A stretch of DNA of 64,000 bases from Ylistrum balloti (taxonomy: Eukaryota), in contig NW_026782051.1 of assembly GCF_031769215.1 (NCBI RefSeq), positions 1,116,001 through 1,180,000 of the forward strand, read 5' to 3'. A program made the translations under genes and the position numbers. Numbering within the stretch: the stretch's first letter is position 1; each line of letters begins with the position of its first letter. Positions 12,869-26,443 of this stretch are shown here, piece after piece. The notes under the pieces were generated by a model, which saw only the letters and a list, made by a program, of their open reading frames with translations, had not been told where the DNA came from and did no database searches.

Positions 12869-14759
12869 TGCTGATGGATCCAACATTAGTCATGATATGA
12901 CATCAGTCACTGGACATTCCCAGATTTAGATTTGCTGGGTCAGTATTATAATAGTGACAACTTTTCCCGATTGAATATGTGTGGTAATCTTTTCTTAAGG
13001 CTCTAATTTGTTGAATACTCATTGATATATCTATAGTTTCTGCAATTTTTACTTGCAGCATAATGCTATATTTGTTTATCTATTCAATGAATTTAACATA
13101 CACTTTATGTATTATGGTCTTGCTGTCTTGAAGAAAATGAGTAGAGAGGGAATAGTATAATAATGATATACAATTGCATATGTTTATATAATTATGTAAA
13201 ATAGATAAATTCATTTGACCATATTATATAATTTTATGTCAGCATTTTTCTTTCAGCTGACAGGATAAGAAATTGTCATGTACATGTTGATATCTAACAG
13301 AATGATGTTTTTATATTTAGAACAGCTAGACCATATGGGCACCAGAATATGATATAATTGTCATATTAGACAATAATTTGGATATTCAAATTAGTCATTT
13401 CATAAATTTATGATCAGATTTTAAAGTATTTGTATTCTGTGAAGGTAATAAATACATTTGTAGATTATTATGTATCTGTGTAAATGTTTAATTTTAAGAC
13501 AATACTTTTTATATGTTTCTGTTTAGTTATTTATTCATCATTTTAATTTTTTTTCCCCTCCAGTGCTTTGATGATAAGAATGAGATCAATAACATGCATA
13601 AAATTATTTAATTCTTGATTGCCAAAGTGGTTTGGAAAAAATAGTAATTGAATAGCAGATACATTACATATTCTATTTAGTACCATTGCAAGTAAGATGT
13701 GTTGGGAATAGTCCTGGTACCTATTATTTACTTGTGATAATTGATGGAGGGTCTACAGATGTTGGTGTTACCCTGTATACAAATAAAATGTAAATTACCC
13801 ATCAAGTCTTTTATCTTTTATTGATCCAAACAATTTGAAATATATTAACTAAAGTATAGTATAAATCTGTTAAAAAAAATGTTTTAACATTAAATGTAAA
13901 CAAGGAATAATGTAGAGAATGACCAAAAGGCTTAACCTAACTAAAGCATTTGCTCAATACACTGGCTTGTAAAACACCAGTCCACTACTCACGGGTCTCC
14001 TTTGACTTATCTCCCTTGATATGTAAAAAACAATTCACCCACAATTCCTGTGGAAATCCAGACAGAGAGTAGCAGCGAAAATAAGGTTTACCTGCAGCTC
14101 AATCAACTGTATAATATCACCATACATTACATGTTTTGTTTGTAGGTATGGTTATCATTAATCAAGGTTGTGAAATCTCCAGGTTTCTATTTCTTTCTAC
14201 TTTTGACAACAGAATAAGATTACACAAGAAAAGAAGAGAAGAAAAAAATTTAAAAAAAAACAAGTTAATTGAAGAAAACCATCCTTGTCTTTAATGAAAC
14301 CTTTTAATTTCAATTCATTGAAAGAAAGCACCTTAACAGTATTCCCAGTGAATTTCACGAGAGGAAGAATATTTTTCTGATTTTGAATATTTCAAACACT
14401 TCTCTACTTTTAAGAATAAGTCATTTGTAAAGTTAATTTTTCATGGAAGTCCATTCAAAATGTATTGTGTACCATAGAGCAATCTTCGTATACCCACACA
14501 TATACCGGTATACATTTCACAATATGATACTACATAAGTACTACTGCTACAGAAATATTGTTCTTTCATCACTAACAGTGTAATGGACACTCATAAACAA
14601 TGAAAGTTAATGCCTGAAATCAATAACTTTGATTTTGCTGTAAAATTGTATGTCCTGGACTGATACAGTTTTTTTTTTATACTTTCGGTAACTCTCAGGA
14701 ACACTGTCACACTATATTTCTGTTATTTAGAATGGTCATCTGGAACACAAGTCTATCAA

Positions 14760-17700
14760 TCACCTTTCCTCTGCAAGCAGCTGAACCTGTCCAAGTACAA
14801 ACCAAGATCACAAAATGTAATAACAAATTATAGTATGCATATGTATAATGTTTGTTATTTACATATAGAAAAAGGACATTTATGTTAACCGGTAAAATAA
14901 AGAGTGCCTGATGTGTTAGTGAGCTGAATGATCTTAATAATACCTGATACACTTTCAGACAACACTTAGCACTATTAGCACAATTGTACATACCTTCTCT
15001 ATATCCATCGTTAGACTGTTTTGAGGGTTTTGATACACATTGACCTATATATACTCTCTCTATATCCATCGTTAGACTGTTATGAGGGTTTTGATACACA
15101 GTAACCTATACATACCTTCTCTATATCCAGTGTTAGACTGTTATGAGGGTTTTGATACACAGTGACTGATACATACTTTCTCTATATCCAGTGTTAGACT
15201 GTTATGAGGGTTTTGATACACAGTGACTGATACATACATTCCCTATCTCCAGTGTTAGACTGTTATGAGGGTTTTGATACACAGTGACTGATACATACCT
15301 TCTCTATATCCAGTGTTAGACTGTTATGAGGGTTTTGATACACAGTGACTGATACATACATTCCCTATATCCATCGTTAGACTGTTATGAGGGTTTTGAT
15401 ACACAGTAACCTATACATACATTCTCTATATCCAGTGTTAGACTGTTATGAGGGTTTTGATACACAGTGACTGATACATACATTCCCTATCTCCAGTGTT
15501 AGACTGTTATGAGGGTTTTGATACACATTGACCTATATATACTTTCTCTACATCCATCGTTAGACTGTTATGAGGGTTTTGATACACATTGACCTATACA
15601 TACATTCCCTATCTCCAGTATTAGACTGTTATGAGGGTTTTGATACACAGTGACTGATACATACCTTCTCTATCTCTATTTCCAGTGTTAAAAGTGTTTC
15701 CTTTATTAGATTCAGTCTGTTGGCTTCAGAGTTGTACTTTCCCTGAAGCTGATCCTGTTCCTGGGAATATGCCTCCCTGTGTGATGTCAGCTGTTGTAAC
15801 TTGTCTTCTAACTCTTTTATCTGCTTTCTTATCTTAGTTTCTTCCTGGGAAATACTTTGTACCTGTCGCTGTTGCCTATGTATTTGATCTGATAGTTTTT
15901 CCATTTTGCCTTTTATGCTTTCAGCCTCGGTTAGCATCACATCCTGTCGGGCTATCAAGTTCTCCTGCTGTTCTCTGTATGATTTAGAACTCACTTTGAA
16001 AAAAAAAAGAAAACAAAAACTTACTTAGTTTTAATATATATATATATCTAGTGTAACTACATCTCACTCATTAAGATATATATGTAAATACATGTTCCCT
16101 GATAAGATATTTATGTAATTACATGATACCTGATAAGATGTATGTAATTACATGATACCTGATCAAACGTATGTATTTACCCAGAATTTGTTGTCCAGTA
16201 AGATACATGTAATTACATATTACTCAATAAGATGTAAGAAATTACCTGTTACTGATAAGATATATGTAATTGTATGTTATCCAATAAAATATATGTACTT
16301 ACATGTTACCCAATGAGATTTATTTAACTTCATGTTGTTCAATAATATTCATGTGTATGCAAAGGCATGTTACTTGATAATAGACCTGAAATTATATGTA
16401 TTACACAAATGGTAATTTGGATATAGCAGATCACAACATAGGTTATGTTAGTTCAGTGTGAAAGATGGAATCTAGTAAGTAATATCAACAGTACTTTCAG
16501 TATTGGTACTGTATGTATATTACTGTGTTGTGCTCCAGTATATCCATACTATTGTTTGCCTGTTATTTCTGTCTACTTTGTTTCTGTCTTTGTTTGTGCC
16601 CATATTGTCCCTACTATTTTCGTTTAGGTTTTACTTTAGAACTTTGTGTTTCTTTTATGTTCTATGTTTATGATACAATTCATGTAATATTTGTATCTTG
16701 ATAAAGAGGCAGACTGCCTCAAAAATTCCACAATTCATGTGTTCGTATTTTTGTTATTATTTCCTTGATAGTATATAAGTAGACATATATACACAAAGAA
16801 TACAGGTACTTATACCTTCAATTTTACCAAACATAAGGCACTGAAATCAAAATTAGAGAATGAAACCAAAGTCGGTGATGTGAATTGTTTGCAGTCATTT
16901 TGTAAAAACAAAAGTATAAACATCTGGATATTTATAAATAAGTCATAATCTAATACTGAGAACCATTTAAAACATATCATCGTCTTCATTCTTGAAATTC
17001 CAGGAGTGATGATTTTAAGGATGCACAGACAAGGATTACCTTTACTAGTCAGCAGCTTTTTCAGTGAAAGAAGCCAGGAATGTCATATTCAAATTTGGAT
17101 GAAATTAAGAAATGGTTTGGCTTTTGTTATCAGATAGACATATGGCAGACACAAAAAAACATTACCTTTATTTCTTTATAAAAAAAGTTTGTCTTAAATG
17201 ATTAAAATGTCTGTATGAGACCCATTAACAACCAAAAGAATTGACATTGAATTAAAAAATAAAATTGTTTGAACTTAATCTGAAAAGTATTGAAAGGCTT
17301 CTGTTTTGTGTCCATCATCATTGGACAGTCCCAGTCAATCATGTATTGAAGAAGGTACTATGACATATCATTAATATAACTTTGACAGAAAGTTGCCAAT
17401 ACCATTATTAGTGTTAAATTGATGGGTTACATTATATAATGAAATAAAAAGCTGTTATATACTTACAAGAATGTTTCTCATTGTAGTTCTCTGGACTGTA
17501 TGACTTTGTTGCATGATTGAGCTCATTTCTTCTAGACTTTTCCTTGTGGTATCCTTGAATAATCTGTAGCAGCATTAAGTTACATGTCTTTGTGGTCACA
17601 TGACAATGACATGATGGACAGAGCTCAGTCCTCTCACAACATTTCTCACAGACACTATGGCCACATGGGATGTTGATTAAGGGTGCATTACTTGGTGGCA

Positions 17701-19659
17701 ACTGTAAGGAAATATACATCATGTGAACCTTTGTGATTTCATTCATTACCAGTAATGATAAATATTTCTTTACCTGTTATTGAAATGCTCAGATGTCCAG
17801 AAACTGTCAAGTCTTATCAGGGGAAAAAAAAAAAAAAAAAAACCAACAAAAAACATTAAAAAAAATCCTACAACTGAACAACTTAATGGAACAGCTGAAT
17901 ATTTGAAAACAAAATGCATTTTTTGTATGCAGAGAGTGAATGAGTGAATGTATTTATTCCGCAATACTGCAGATAATTTCTATTCAAGTTATATCAATAT
18001 GTCTGTTGTAATGCAGTGCAGATAAAATTGATATCTACCATCAGATGTCGACAACAAGGGCAGTGATGACTTGATGTATCAACATCTTTATGAACATTTC
18101 TATCTCTTGTTTTGGCCTCTCTGTGACCTTTTAGGCCCCTGTTCTGGACAGATGATTGCGTAGGAGTTATGCCTTTTGGCCAGACATGTGTATCCTCTCC
18201 AGAACGACTGTCCATGTTAATACCCTGTCTGACCCTGGCTACAATACTGTCTGCTAGAGCATCAAAATCCTGGTGGGACATCAACGTATTCATGGCTTCC
18301 CTCCCTGTCCTCTCACTAAAAGTCCTGTATGGTTCTCCCTGTGAGGAACCTGTGGTCCTTGGATTGTCATAGTAATCAGACTCTGGACTAGCAAATTCAG
18401 GGCTTCTGGAACTGGATACTCTTAGAATATTAACAGATTCTCTGTTCTCATCCAACTCTTCATCTTTTCCTTTCTTCAACTCTCTGGCTTCTAACCAGTG
18501 TTTGAATTTCCCCTTAGGTTGTACTCTACTACCTAATGCAGCAACAGATTTCTCAGATACTCTTGGTTTATCTTGAAGATGAAATTCACCTGTTCCAGTT
18601 CTACTTTTAGTCGAAAGATTTTGATCCTCCTTCTTGGATGTTCCTGAAATAATAATAGTCATACCAGTTTACAGTTGATATGCATAAGATAAAAAGAAAA
18701 GAAGAATCAATACAAGTTTATACAGAACAGCAATTACTACACAATTACACATACATTTCACATATACATATATCATGTGCAAATTACTTTCTCATCAAAC
18801 AGCTGTTTTTCTTTTTTTGTTTGTTTATTTATTTTTTTTTTTTTGCCATTTGTTCACCGAAATATGAAAAAAACACAAAAGGCACTTAATTTGTTACAGT
18901 TTTGTCAGTATTGATACAAGCACAATTTGAAAGATTTATTACATGCGCATTTATGTAGAACAACACATGTTCATGTGATTTTCTACAATTATTATAGCCA
19001 CTCATCCACCGTATGGAACGGAATACTACACAGACATGTTTGAAATCTAAAATTTTACTCAAACTTACTATTGTCGGTTAGGTCTTTGACAGGAGGAGAG
19101 TTCCTTTTTCCTTCCAAATGTGCTTCACGTTCTTTAAACCAGTTTTTCTGTCGCATTTGTATCTCTTTTACCTGCTCACAGGAAATGTTTGTATATTTTT
19201 GTAAATTACATTATTAGTTATCAATGTCGCATTTGTATCTCTTTTACCTGCTCACAGGAAATGTTTGTATATTTTTGTAAATTACATTATTAGTTATCAA
19301 TGTCGCATTTGTATCTCTCACAGGAAATGTTTGTATATTTTTGTAAATTACATTATTAGTTATCAATGTCGCATTTGTATCTCTTTTACCTGCTCACAGG
19401 AAATGTTTGTATATTTTTGTAAATTACATTATTAGTTATCAAAATTAAAGTTTGTTAGAAAGTTTAAGACTTGAACTGTTGAATATGATCCTGAATCGTT
19501 TATCGTCCAATAACTAAATAAACCCTCTGAACTCGAATATTTCATATATACCAATCATCTGACTTGAAGCCATAGCAATGTAATTTTTCATATAGTGAAT
19601 GAGGTTTCTACCTTCTCTGCAAGCTCAGTCTTTTTCGCTCGATCGTTTTTACGTGACAT
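14760..19659 (-). CDS. Uncharacterised RING-HC (C3HC4) finger plus C-terminal coiled-coil protein, putative E3 ligase, 6 exons, about 448 aa
   Basis: Exons 19659-19612, 19171-19069, 18643-18039, 17701-17467, 15993-15665 and 14786-14760 have GT-AG borders and matching phases (1347 nt). RING CPCC-x16-CGHSVCEKC-x6-CPSC spans the exon 3/4 junction. Exon 5 is a Q/E/K-rich heptad coiled coil. The last exon (VQLLAEER*) is the least certain part. Confidence 0.75.
14988..15690. repeat. 61-bp tandem repeat, about 11 copies, each containing the exon-5 3' end and splice donor of the RING gene
   Basis: TAT(A/C)TCC-like anchor recurs every 61 bp from 15000 (15000, 15061, 15122, ...). On the minus strand each unit reads ...AACACTGGATATAGAGAAG/GTATGTATCAGTCAC.... 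Confidence 0.93.
19149..19442. repeat. 76-bp tandem repeat, 4 copies (third copy has a 10-bp deletion), containing the exon-2 splice acceptor of the RING gene
   Basis: Copies start at 19149, 19225, 19301 and 19367. The minus strand reads ...CTGTGAGCAG/GTAAAAGAGATACAAATGCGACA. Confidence 0.95.
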
Positions 19660-20940
19660 GTTTCAGCTTATGGTATGCACCGGATGTGAAGGGAAACCAT
19701 ATATAAACAAAACATGTTGCTAAGGCGCTTAAGTTACACATGTTTCTTTTTACTTTCGATTCAAGCGTATACGTGATTATGAGTTGCAGACGATTCGCCC
19801 AAAATCCTGCGTTGCTCCCAAATCATAGTTAAATCGTTTCAACCATTTCGCCCAAGAATTCAATATTGAGATACCAGCATCGTCATTTATTCTAGAATTT
19901 GCATGAAAGGTCTTTTGAAATTTTAGAGAAAAATACAACTGAATATATCATAGACTTTACCGACCGAAAATTAATTTGTCCGAAGGAATCAGACGTTCCT
20001 AATTTTGTAGTATTGCCAAATAGTTATGTTTCACTTCCAATTCTTGCTCTTTGTAATGAAATACTAGGGTCGTATCCATGCATGTATAATCGCGGACTTG
20101 TATATCTTTTTAATGTCCATGATGCCATAGAAGGGTGCATCATCTATGAGAAAAAAAATCGAGCTCACACTCTGACCTCTTAAATGTTCGTATTTAAAGA
20201 CATCCACCCTCTCCTCACTTAGCCTCTTCACAGACAGGGGCGGAAAATATTCTAACATCGTCTATAACCCACGGTCCGCACGTGAGCGTCAGGACCGTGG
20301 CGGGTTACCGACGATGACACTTTTCTGGATGATATACCACTTGAAATTGTTTTAAGATATCGCATTTCCCCCCAGCAGCCAGTTTCCACAACGAAAGAGA
20401 CATAGAACATTGTGATAAAGTTTTGACTGTAATATCAATGTTTTAAAAAAAAACAACCCCAAAAAACACTTCTTCGAAAAAAAATACCACCACTAGGGAC
20501 ATAATTTGCCAGCGTCAAGTTAAGCATGAGCATTAGTTATTCTCATTCTTTTCCAGGTGTCTCTGTGTAAATCTTTATTTTTTGTTCGTAGTTTGCCTTG
20601 TTTTATGGAATTTGAATCTACATTATGATTATGTTGGATAGAGCCGAAATTAAGTGAAATCCTGTGATAACTTACAAACCAATTTCCATACATCCCCTCC
20701 GACCATATGAAAGCTGGACAGAGTAAGAATTTTTTTTAAGTCTTATGTTATAACACACATCAGCAAGAAACGAGGTAAACATCGGGTGCTGTCTTACTTT
20801 TTAATCTGGCAATATCATTAAATCAAGTAGGTATTCACCTATAGAGTTGGTGAATCTACAAGGAACTTGCGTGAGATAGAAAGTGCTGCAAAAACACTTG
20901 TAATATTTAAACAGCTTAGCTAGGAATAAGAGAAAGCAAT

Positions 20941-21060
20941 AAGTATCAACCAAGGCCGTGATTCAACCAGTATCAACCATGGCCGTGATTCAACAAGTAT
21001 CAACCAAGGTCATGTATCAACAAGTATCAACCAAAGCCGTGTATCATCAAGTAACTACCA
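20941..21060. repeat. Degenerate 27-bp tandem repeat, about 4 copies
   Basis: AAGTATCAACCAAGGCCGTGATTCAAC and variants. Confidence 0.8.
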
Positions 21061-21459
21061 AATAAATGATTATTGTTAAAAGACCCGTTGTCATGGCGCC
21101 GATTCCGCGTTCTTTCGTCCAAGTAGCAACATGGCGTTTGGTTAATTGATGTATATTTACGACATGATGACCACGATCTGACACGATATGTTGTTAGAAC
21201 GTTTGCAACATAGAGAGACGTATCTAGATACTGGGAACTGATTAATCCTGCACTGAATAATTAGGATTGCTTGTTAAGAGGATTTTCTTTTTTGATTGTA
21301 TGTCTTATTATTATTTAGGTAGTTACCATCAGTGTCAATAAATGTTACTGATGTTTACAAGACGACGATTTATTTGAACTAGAAAATATAATAAACCATC
21401 GTTGCCATTGTGTTTGAATGTCACTGCTTTATTTTTTATGGAGGATAAAGACGAAGATA

Positions 21460-23471
21460 TTATTTGCCAATAACACCCCCAGGCTCTTGGATATGGACTA
21501 ACTTTGGCAGTCTCTGTAGCCATAGACTGGTCGAATCTCTGTACAAATGTTGACCTAAAGTGATCGTCGTATTTAGATCAACATAACCTTGTTGTACTGC
21601 GTCATAACCACTCCACACCGGGACATCATTAGAGTTCGGATCCCTGAAAAATATACCAGAAAGATGTTTGATATTAGAATATCACTAGCAGCTTTGCAAT
21701 GAAAACGGTTACTACTGCCAATCTAAGATGACAACCCAAACGTTAGGTAAATGATCGCCTCCGATTTACAATACATGTATAGACGTTAGGCATACAACTG
21801 CATCAGCGATGTCTAATATCTAAACACACATATAAATGTTAGCTTTCTAATTATCACTAGAATCTTGAGTGAAAGGATATATATTCTGTATTCTATTTGA
21901 ATCAGTTAAAATAATTACCCAGTTTTGGCGAAGTTTGTCCAATACTTCAGCATGGTTTTCGAGAGGATGACATCATTGGGACTCACGGTTGTGTTAAATT
22001 TGGTTTGAAAATCTTCAAGACCGAACAAAAATGAAATTTCAGAGGCATGAACTGAAGAGTCGTTTCGCCACCATGGCAAATATATTCGGAGCAATGGGTC
22101 AGGAGATGGACGTTTGAATATGTACTGATACGTTGATGTTCGGGTATTGCCTTCCGCGTGTGCCATGAGTGCTTTTATTGCTGGCGTTAGGAAAAATGCA
22201 TCTGAAAAGGCGTCAATGGCATTGTAACCTGGACTTTCCGACGAAGACCTATAAAATGAACATACCAGATCACTCGGAAGAGTGCTGTTAACTTGAGAGC
22301 CGAAATAAGAAGATACAAAAACCGGAACGATGTAGTTACAGAACACATCGGTAGGGACCCCAACATTTAAGTCGAATTTTTTATATTTAGACATCAGTGT
22401 TAAAATATTTAGAAGAACAGAGCCTTCTGCATTAACATTTCCGGTCATAAAGTCGAGGTTTTGGAAAAACTGAAAACCTGGAGACGTCCTGTTTGTCAGT
22501 ACCTCTGCTGGCGAGTAGTGGAGAAAGTCATTGTCAATGACTGGTCCAAATACGCCATCAATTGTGAGAGGCGGAAGAGTGGGAATAAGCAATATATTCT
22601 GTGCCGCTAGTAAATCACCTGCAGATTTCTCACGCATGCACCTTGTATATGTTAAGGGAATACCGGAAGTGTTTGCACATCCAACTTGAATACCAAGGCG
22701 CTTTGCGGTTGAATGCATTGTACTCGCACCGATATAAGTCAGCGTCGAGAGAGCAATTCCGCTCTGTGCAATGACTCGCTGAAACAGTCCTTGATTGTGA
22801 GGCATTATTGCTTGTAAAGAAACACTAAAGCCCCCAGCAGACTCCCCAAATATGGTAACAGAATTCGGATCTCCACCATAATCGTCTATATTGTCCTTCA
22901 CCCATTGAAGTGCCAAGCGTTGATCCCAGAGGCCATAATTCCCGTGAAGTTCACCCGTGTAAGGTGTGCTGAGGAATCCAAACAGCCCCAGTCGATAGTT
23001 GATTGTTACCACGACAACGTCACCGGTCAAGGCCAGGTATGACCCGTCATAAAACATACCTTGGCCAAAGACATAGCCACCTCCATGAATCCATACCATC
23101 ACAGATTTGCTACTGTTAGAAGTAACATCGCGTGGTACGTAAATATTTAAAATCAAGCAGTCCTCTGATTGGATTAAATTTGGCAGATTTTTTTGAAAAG
23201 CTGGTTGCATCGATTGCATACACGATGGTCCATATTGCGTTGCATTTAGGATACCAGTCCATGGACCTCTTGATTCTGGTTTCGCGAACCTCAACTCACC
23301 GACGGGTGGCTTTGCATATGGAACATTCCGGAATTGGTATACTTTCTCATTTCGAATTTGTTCGACGACACCAACAATGCCCCCGAGCTTTGTGTGTATA
23401 TGTTGCACCTCTATTCCTTGTGTCGTGGAAATAATGGTAAGTAACAGAAGTGCAAGTCGACCAGGTTCCAT
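21460..23471 (-). CDS. Type-B carboxylesterase/cholinesterase-fold enzyme, copy A (about 578 aa, secreted)
   Basis: Exon 23471-21919 plus exon 21643-21460. Signal peptide, SEDCL, WIHGGGY, catalytic FGESAG, NAEG (Glu), HASE (His), YWTNFAKTG/DPN. Confidence 0.93.
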
Positions 23472-24334
23472 GCTTCAAGGAAGATAAATTAGAACTTGTA
23501 AATTACATTATTCAAATATTTGGTACTGAATCTAGAATTTTTACAAAATGAAAAGAATTGATTCCACTATACAGTATTAAGAGATAAATAAAGCTACCGA
23601 TATTAAAATACTCTTGTGTATCTAATACGTATTGCAAAACATTAATCCACCACGGTTATTATAGACTATAAAGGTTCCAGATCAGTCTATCGACAATTAC
23701 AGATACATAAATATGATGTTATATACAGCTACTGGTGTAATTGACTATACAGCATGTGAAATGTTCATTATCGTCACATAACTATGAAACCTCCGCTTAT
23801 ATTGGTGTCCTAAGATCTCAAGAATCCATACAAACTGAATTTCATCGCTGGTTGATCTAGTTGTGTTACCGAAGCTTTATTAACTTCTTTCTTAACTTTA
23901 ACGAAATATCAGATACCGTTATGTTAACGGAATCACAATAGTCATTATATTGATACTAACTAAAAAGAAATAATTAAGGTTACTTTTTATGAAATATCAT
24001 TACAATGAGCAGATATTGTTGAAATTATTTATATGTTTATAGTTCATAAACGACAAAAGCAATTTGATATGTTATATGTTTTTATTAATTTCCCGATTTA
24101 TTTTGACTGACCAATTGGAATTAAGACAAATGCTTAAATAAAATGGAAATGTGATTATTTTGAAATTTGGAAACCTATGAAGTAATCAGATCTTCTTAAA
24201 CGTGGCAAAAGTTACAGGTGTTCCTCGGATATTACTGTTTCGTAAAGTTCCTTGATATTTTATTAGTACGTACTTTATTAATCAAATTCATTTCGAATTA
24301 TTGAACCGATTATTTGTTAAAGAGTATCGCTTAC

Positions 24335-24370
24335 CTTTGTCTCCGCTCTCAGGTCATAGCATTGCTAGCA
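24335..24370 (-). other. Putative non-coding 5'-UTR exon end conserved upstream of the intact esterase copies
   Basis: Donor ...ACAAAG/GT recurs upstream of each intact ATG (exon ends at 24335, 34442, 40178, 50873). An AG acceptor lies a few nt before the ATG of A and D. Confidence 0.5.
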
Positions 24371-24881
24371 AACTGGTGTTAGACCATTATGATAAGAATG
24401 GATTGTCCAATGAGATAAGTTGAACACTGAACGTTTTCAAAGATAAAATGATCTTTAGTTGACTTGTAATTCCAACAGCAGTAAGAAACAACGAAGTGAG
24501 ACAAAATTAAAAGACATTCCACACGATAGGAGACATTTTTATTATATGTCACGTCAAATACTCAATAGTTTATCGGAACATATCGAATTTTGTTTGATAC
24601 CTTGACACGTATGTACGATAAAGGTTGATATATTTTATTTCATAACGGATTGCAGATTTTCTTTTTTAATTGTTATAATATAGTGACAACCTTCAACAGT
24701 ATGTGTCATTAGTAATTATGTTCAGATATATAACTTTTGTGACATGACATGGGTATCCAAAAGGATAATGGAAGTGTGACATCCAAATAAAGAGAGTTCA
24801 ACAATCACATTATATGCAGTATTGTCGTTACTTAGAGTTATCATTGATTAATGATAAGATGTATGACATGCTATATATATA

Positions 24882-26443
24882 TACTGGACAAAATAAGTTA
24901 AGGATCATAAATTGTGACCATAATATCTTTAAAAATTCAAATCATGTATTGCCGGTAATTGCACTCGTAGTTTCTCCAATATGTACCTAAAGTCATGTCA
25001 AAGGTGAAAGCACGTGCATCTGAAGGTCTTGCCGTTCCGCTCTAGTTAACTATGGTGGTGTGAAAAACTGACTGGTCTATTACTACAGAGGAATCTTGCA
25101 GGTTTTGATTCTGTTACTTCTAAGCTAAAAAAAGTTGAATTTGGAAACATTTAATCAATTTGTAACGAAAACTTGAAAAACTAATCATGCGAAGACATTT
25201 AAATGATATGGAAGCCGCGCGAGCTATAGGGCTCCTTCAAGCTGGTCAAACTCAACGAAATGTGGCGGCACAGCTTCATGTTTCTCAGAGCGTGATTAGT
25301 AGGCTATGGAATCGCTATCAACAGACAAATAACGTCCGTCAACGCCCCAGATCTGGACGACCACGCTGTACGACAGCCCGACAGGACAGATTCATTTGCA
25401 TCACGGCACGACGTCAGCGGTTTTTGAGTGCTCCTGTCTTGAATCTTCAGTTTCAGCGTGCTACAAATCTAAGGATTTCATCCCAGACAATCAGAAACAG
25501 ACTCCATGCCTCTAATTTACGAGCTTCCGACCAATTTTATCCAGAGGTCATCGACAATCCAGACATCAATGGGCCACTCATCATTTGAATTGGCAATTAC
25601 GTCATTGGAGAAATGTTATGTTCACAGATATAGGTTTTGTGTTGACTTCCATGACGGTAGGAGGAGGGTATGGAGAACCCAAGGAGAGCGCTATGCAGAC
25701 TGCTGTGTTGTCCAGCATGATCGCTTTGGTGGTGGGTCAGTGATGGTTTGGGCAGGGATCAGTGTTGACTTCCATACAGACCTCTACATCATAGACAATG
25801 GATCTTTAACAGCTGTTCGATACAGGGACGAGATTTACACCCTATAGTAAGGCCCATTGCAGGAGTTGTTGGCCATGATTTTATACTGATGGATGATAAT
25901 GCTCGTCCTCACCGTGCTCGTGTGGTCAACGACTATCTTCAACGTGAAGCAATCGTTCGCATGGACTGGCCAAGTCGTTCTCCTGATCTGAACCCTATCG
26001 AGCATGCTTGGGACACCTTGCAACGCCGGGTTTCAGCTCGACCTAATCTGCCACAGAACCGCCAACAGCTTATGATTGCTCTGCAAGAGGAATGGCAGCG
26101 CATCCCACAGATCAGCCACCCATAAAGGAGCATGTGCAGACGTTGCAGGGCAGTTATTGATGTCAACGGAGGTCATACTGCCTATTAAACTGCCAATTGC
26201 AGTTTGATGAGTTTTCCTTGACATGATTAACTTGCTCTACTTCCTCTTACACTTTGATTTCAAGGGTGCTGTTACTCAGGGTTATCTGCTCTTGGTAGCA
26301 ATTACCATAAATGAATTTGTTTTGTGTAATTAAAGACTAAAATGAATGTTCTGTCATTAAAATTTAAAATATAATCATATTATTATTTGTATGTAAAACT
26401 GCACTGTTTCAAGTTTATGATCCTTAACTTATTTTGTTCAGTA
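24882..26443 (+). mobile_element. Tc1-like (DD34E) DNA transposon, non-functional
   Basis: TIR TACTG(G/A)ACAAAATAAGTTAAGGATCATAAA at both ends with TA duplication. Frameshifted transposase 25187-26188 (MRRHLNDMEAARAIGLLQAG..., [20 protein letters not shown]...[13 protein letters not shown]34E). Confidence 0.95.

Noticed and set aside
14707-15099. 130-aa minus-strand ORF
   Set aside because: It runs through the 61-bp repeat and intron. The true exon 6 is in another frame (VQLLAEER*).
19899-20183. 94-aa ORF
   Set aside because: No recognisable motif, TTG start and no supporting splice structure. Possibly a repeat relic.
23132-23434. Plus-strand ORFs opposite the esterases (also 32562, 33273, 33340, 49575, 49778, 49845)
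   Set aside because: These are antisense shadows of conserved coding sequence. Their recurrence simply follows the paralogy.
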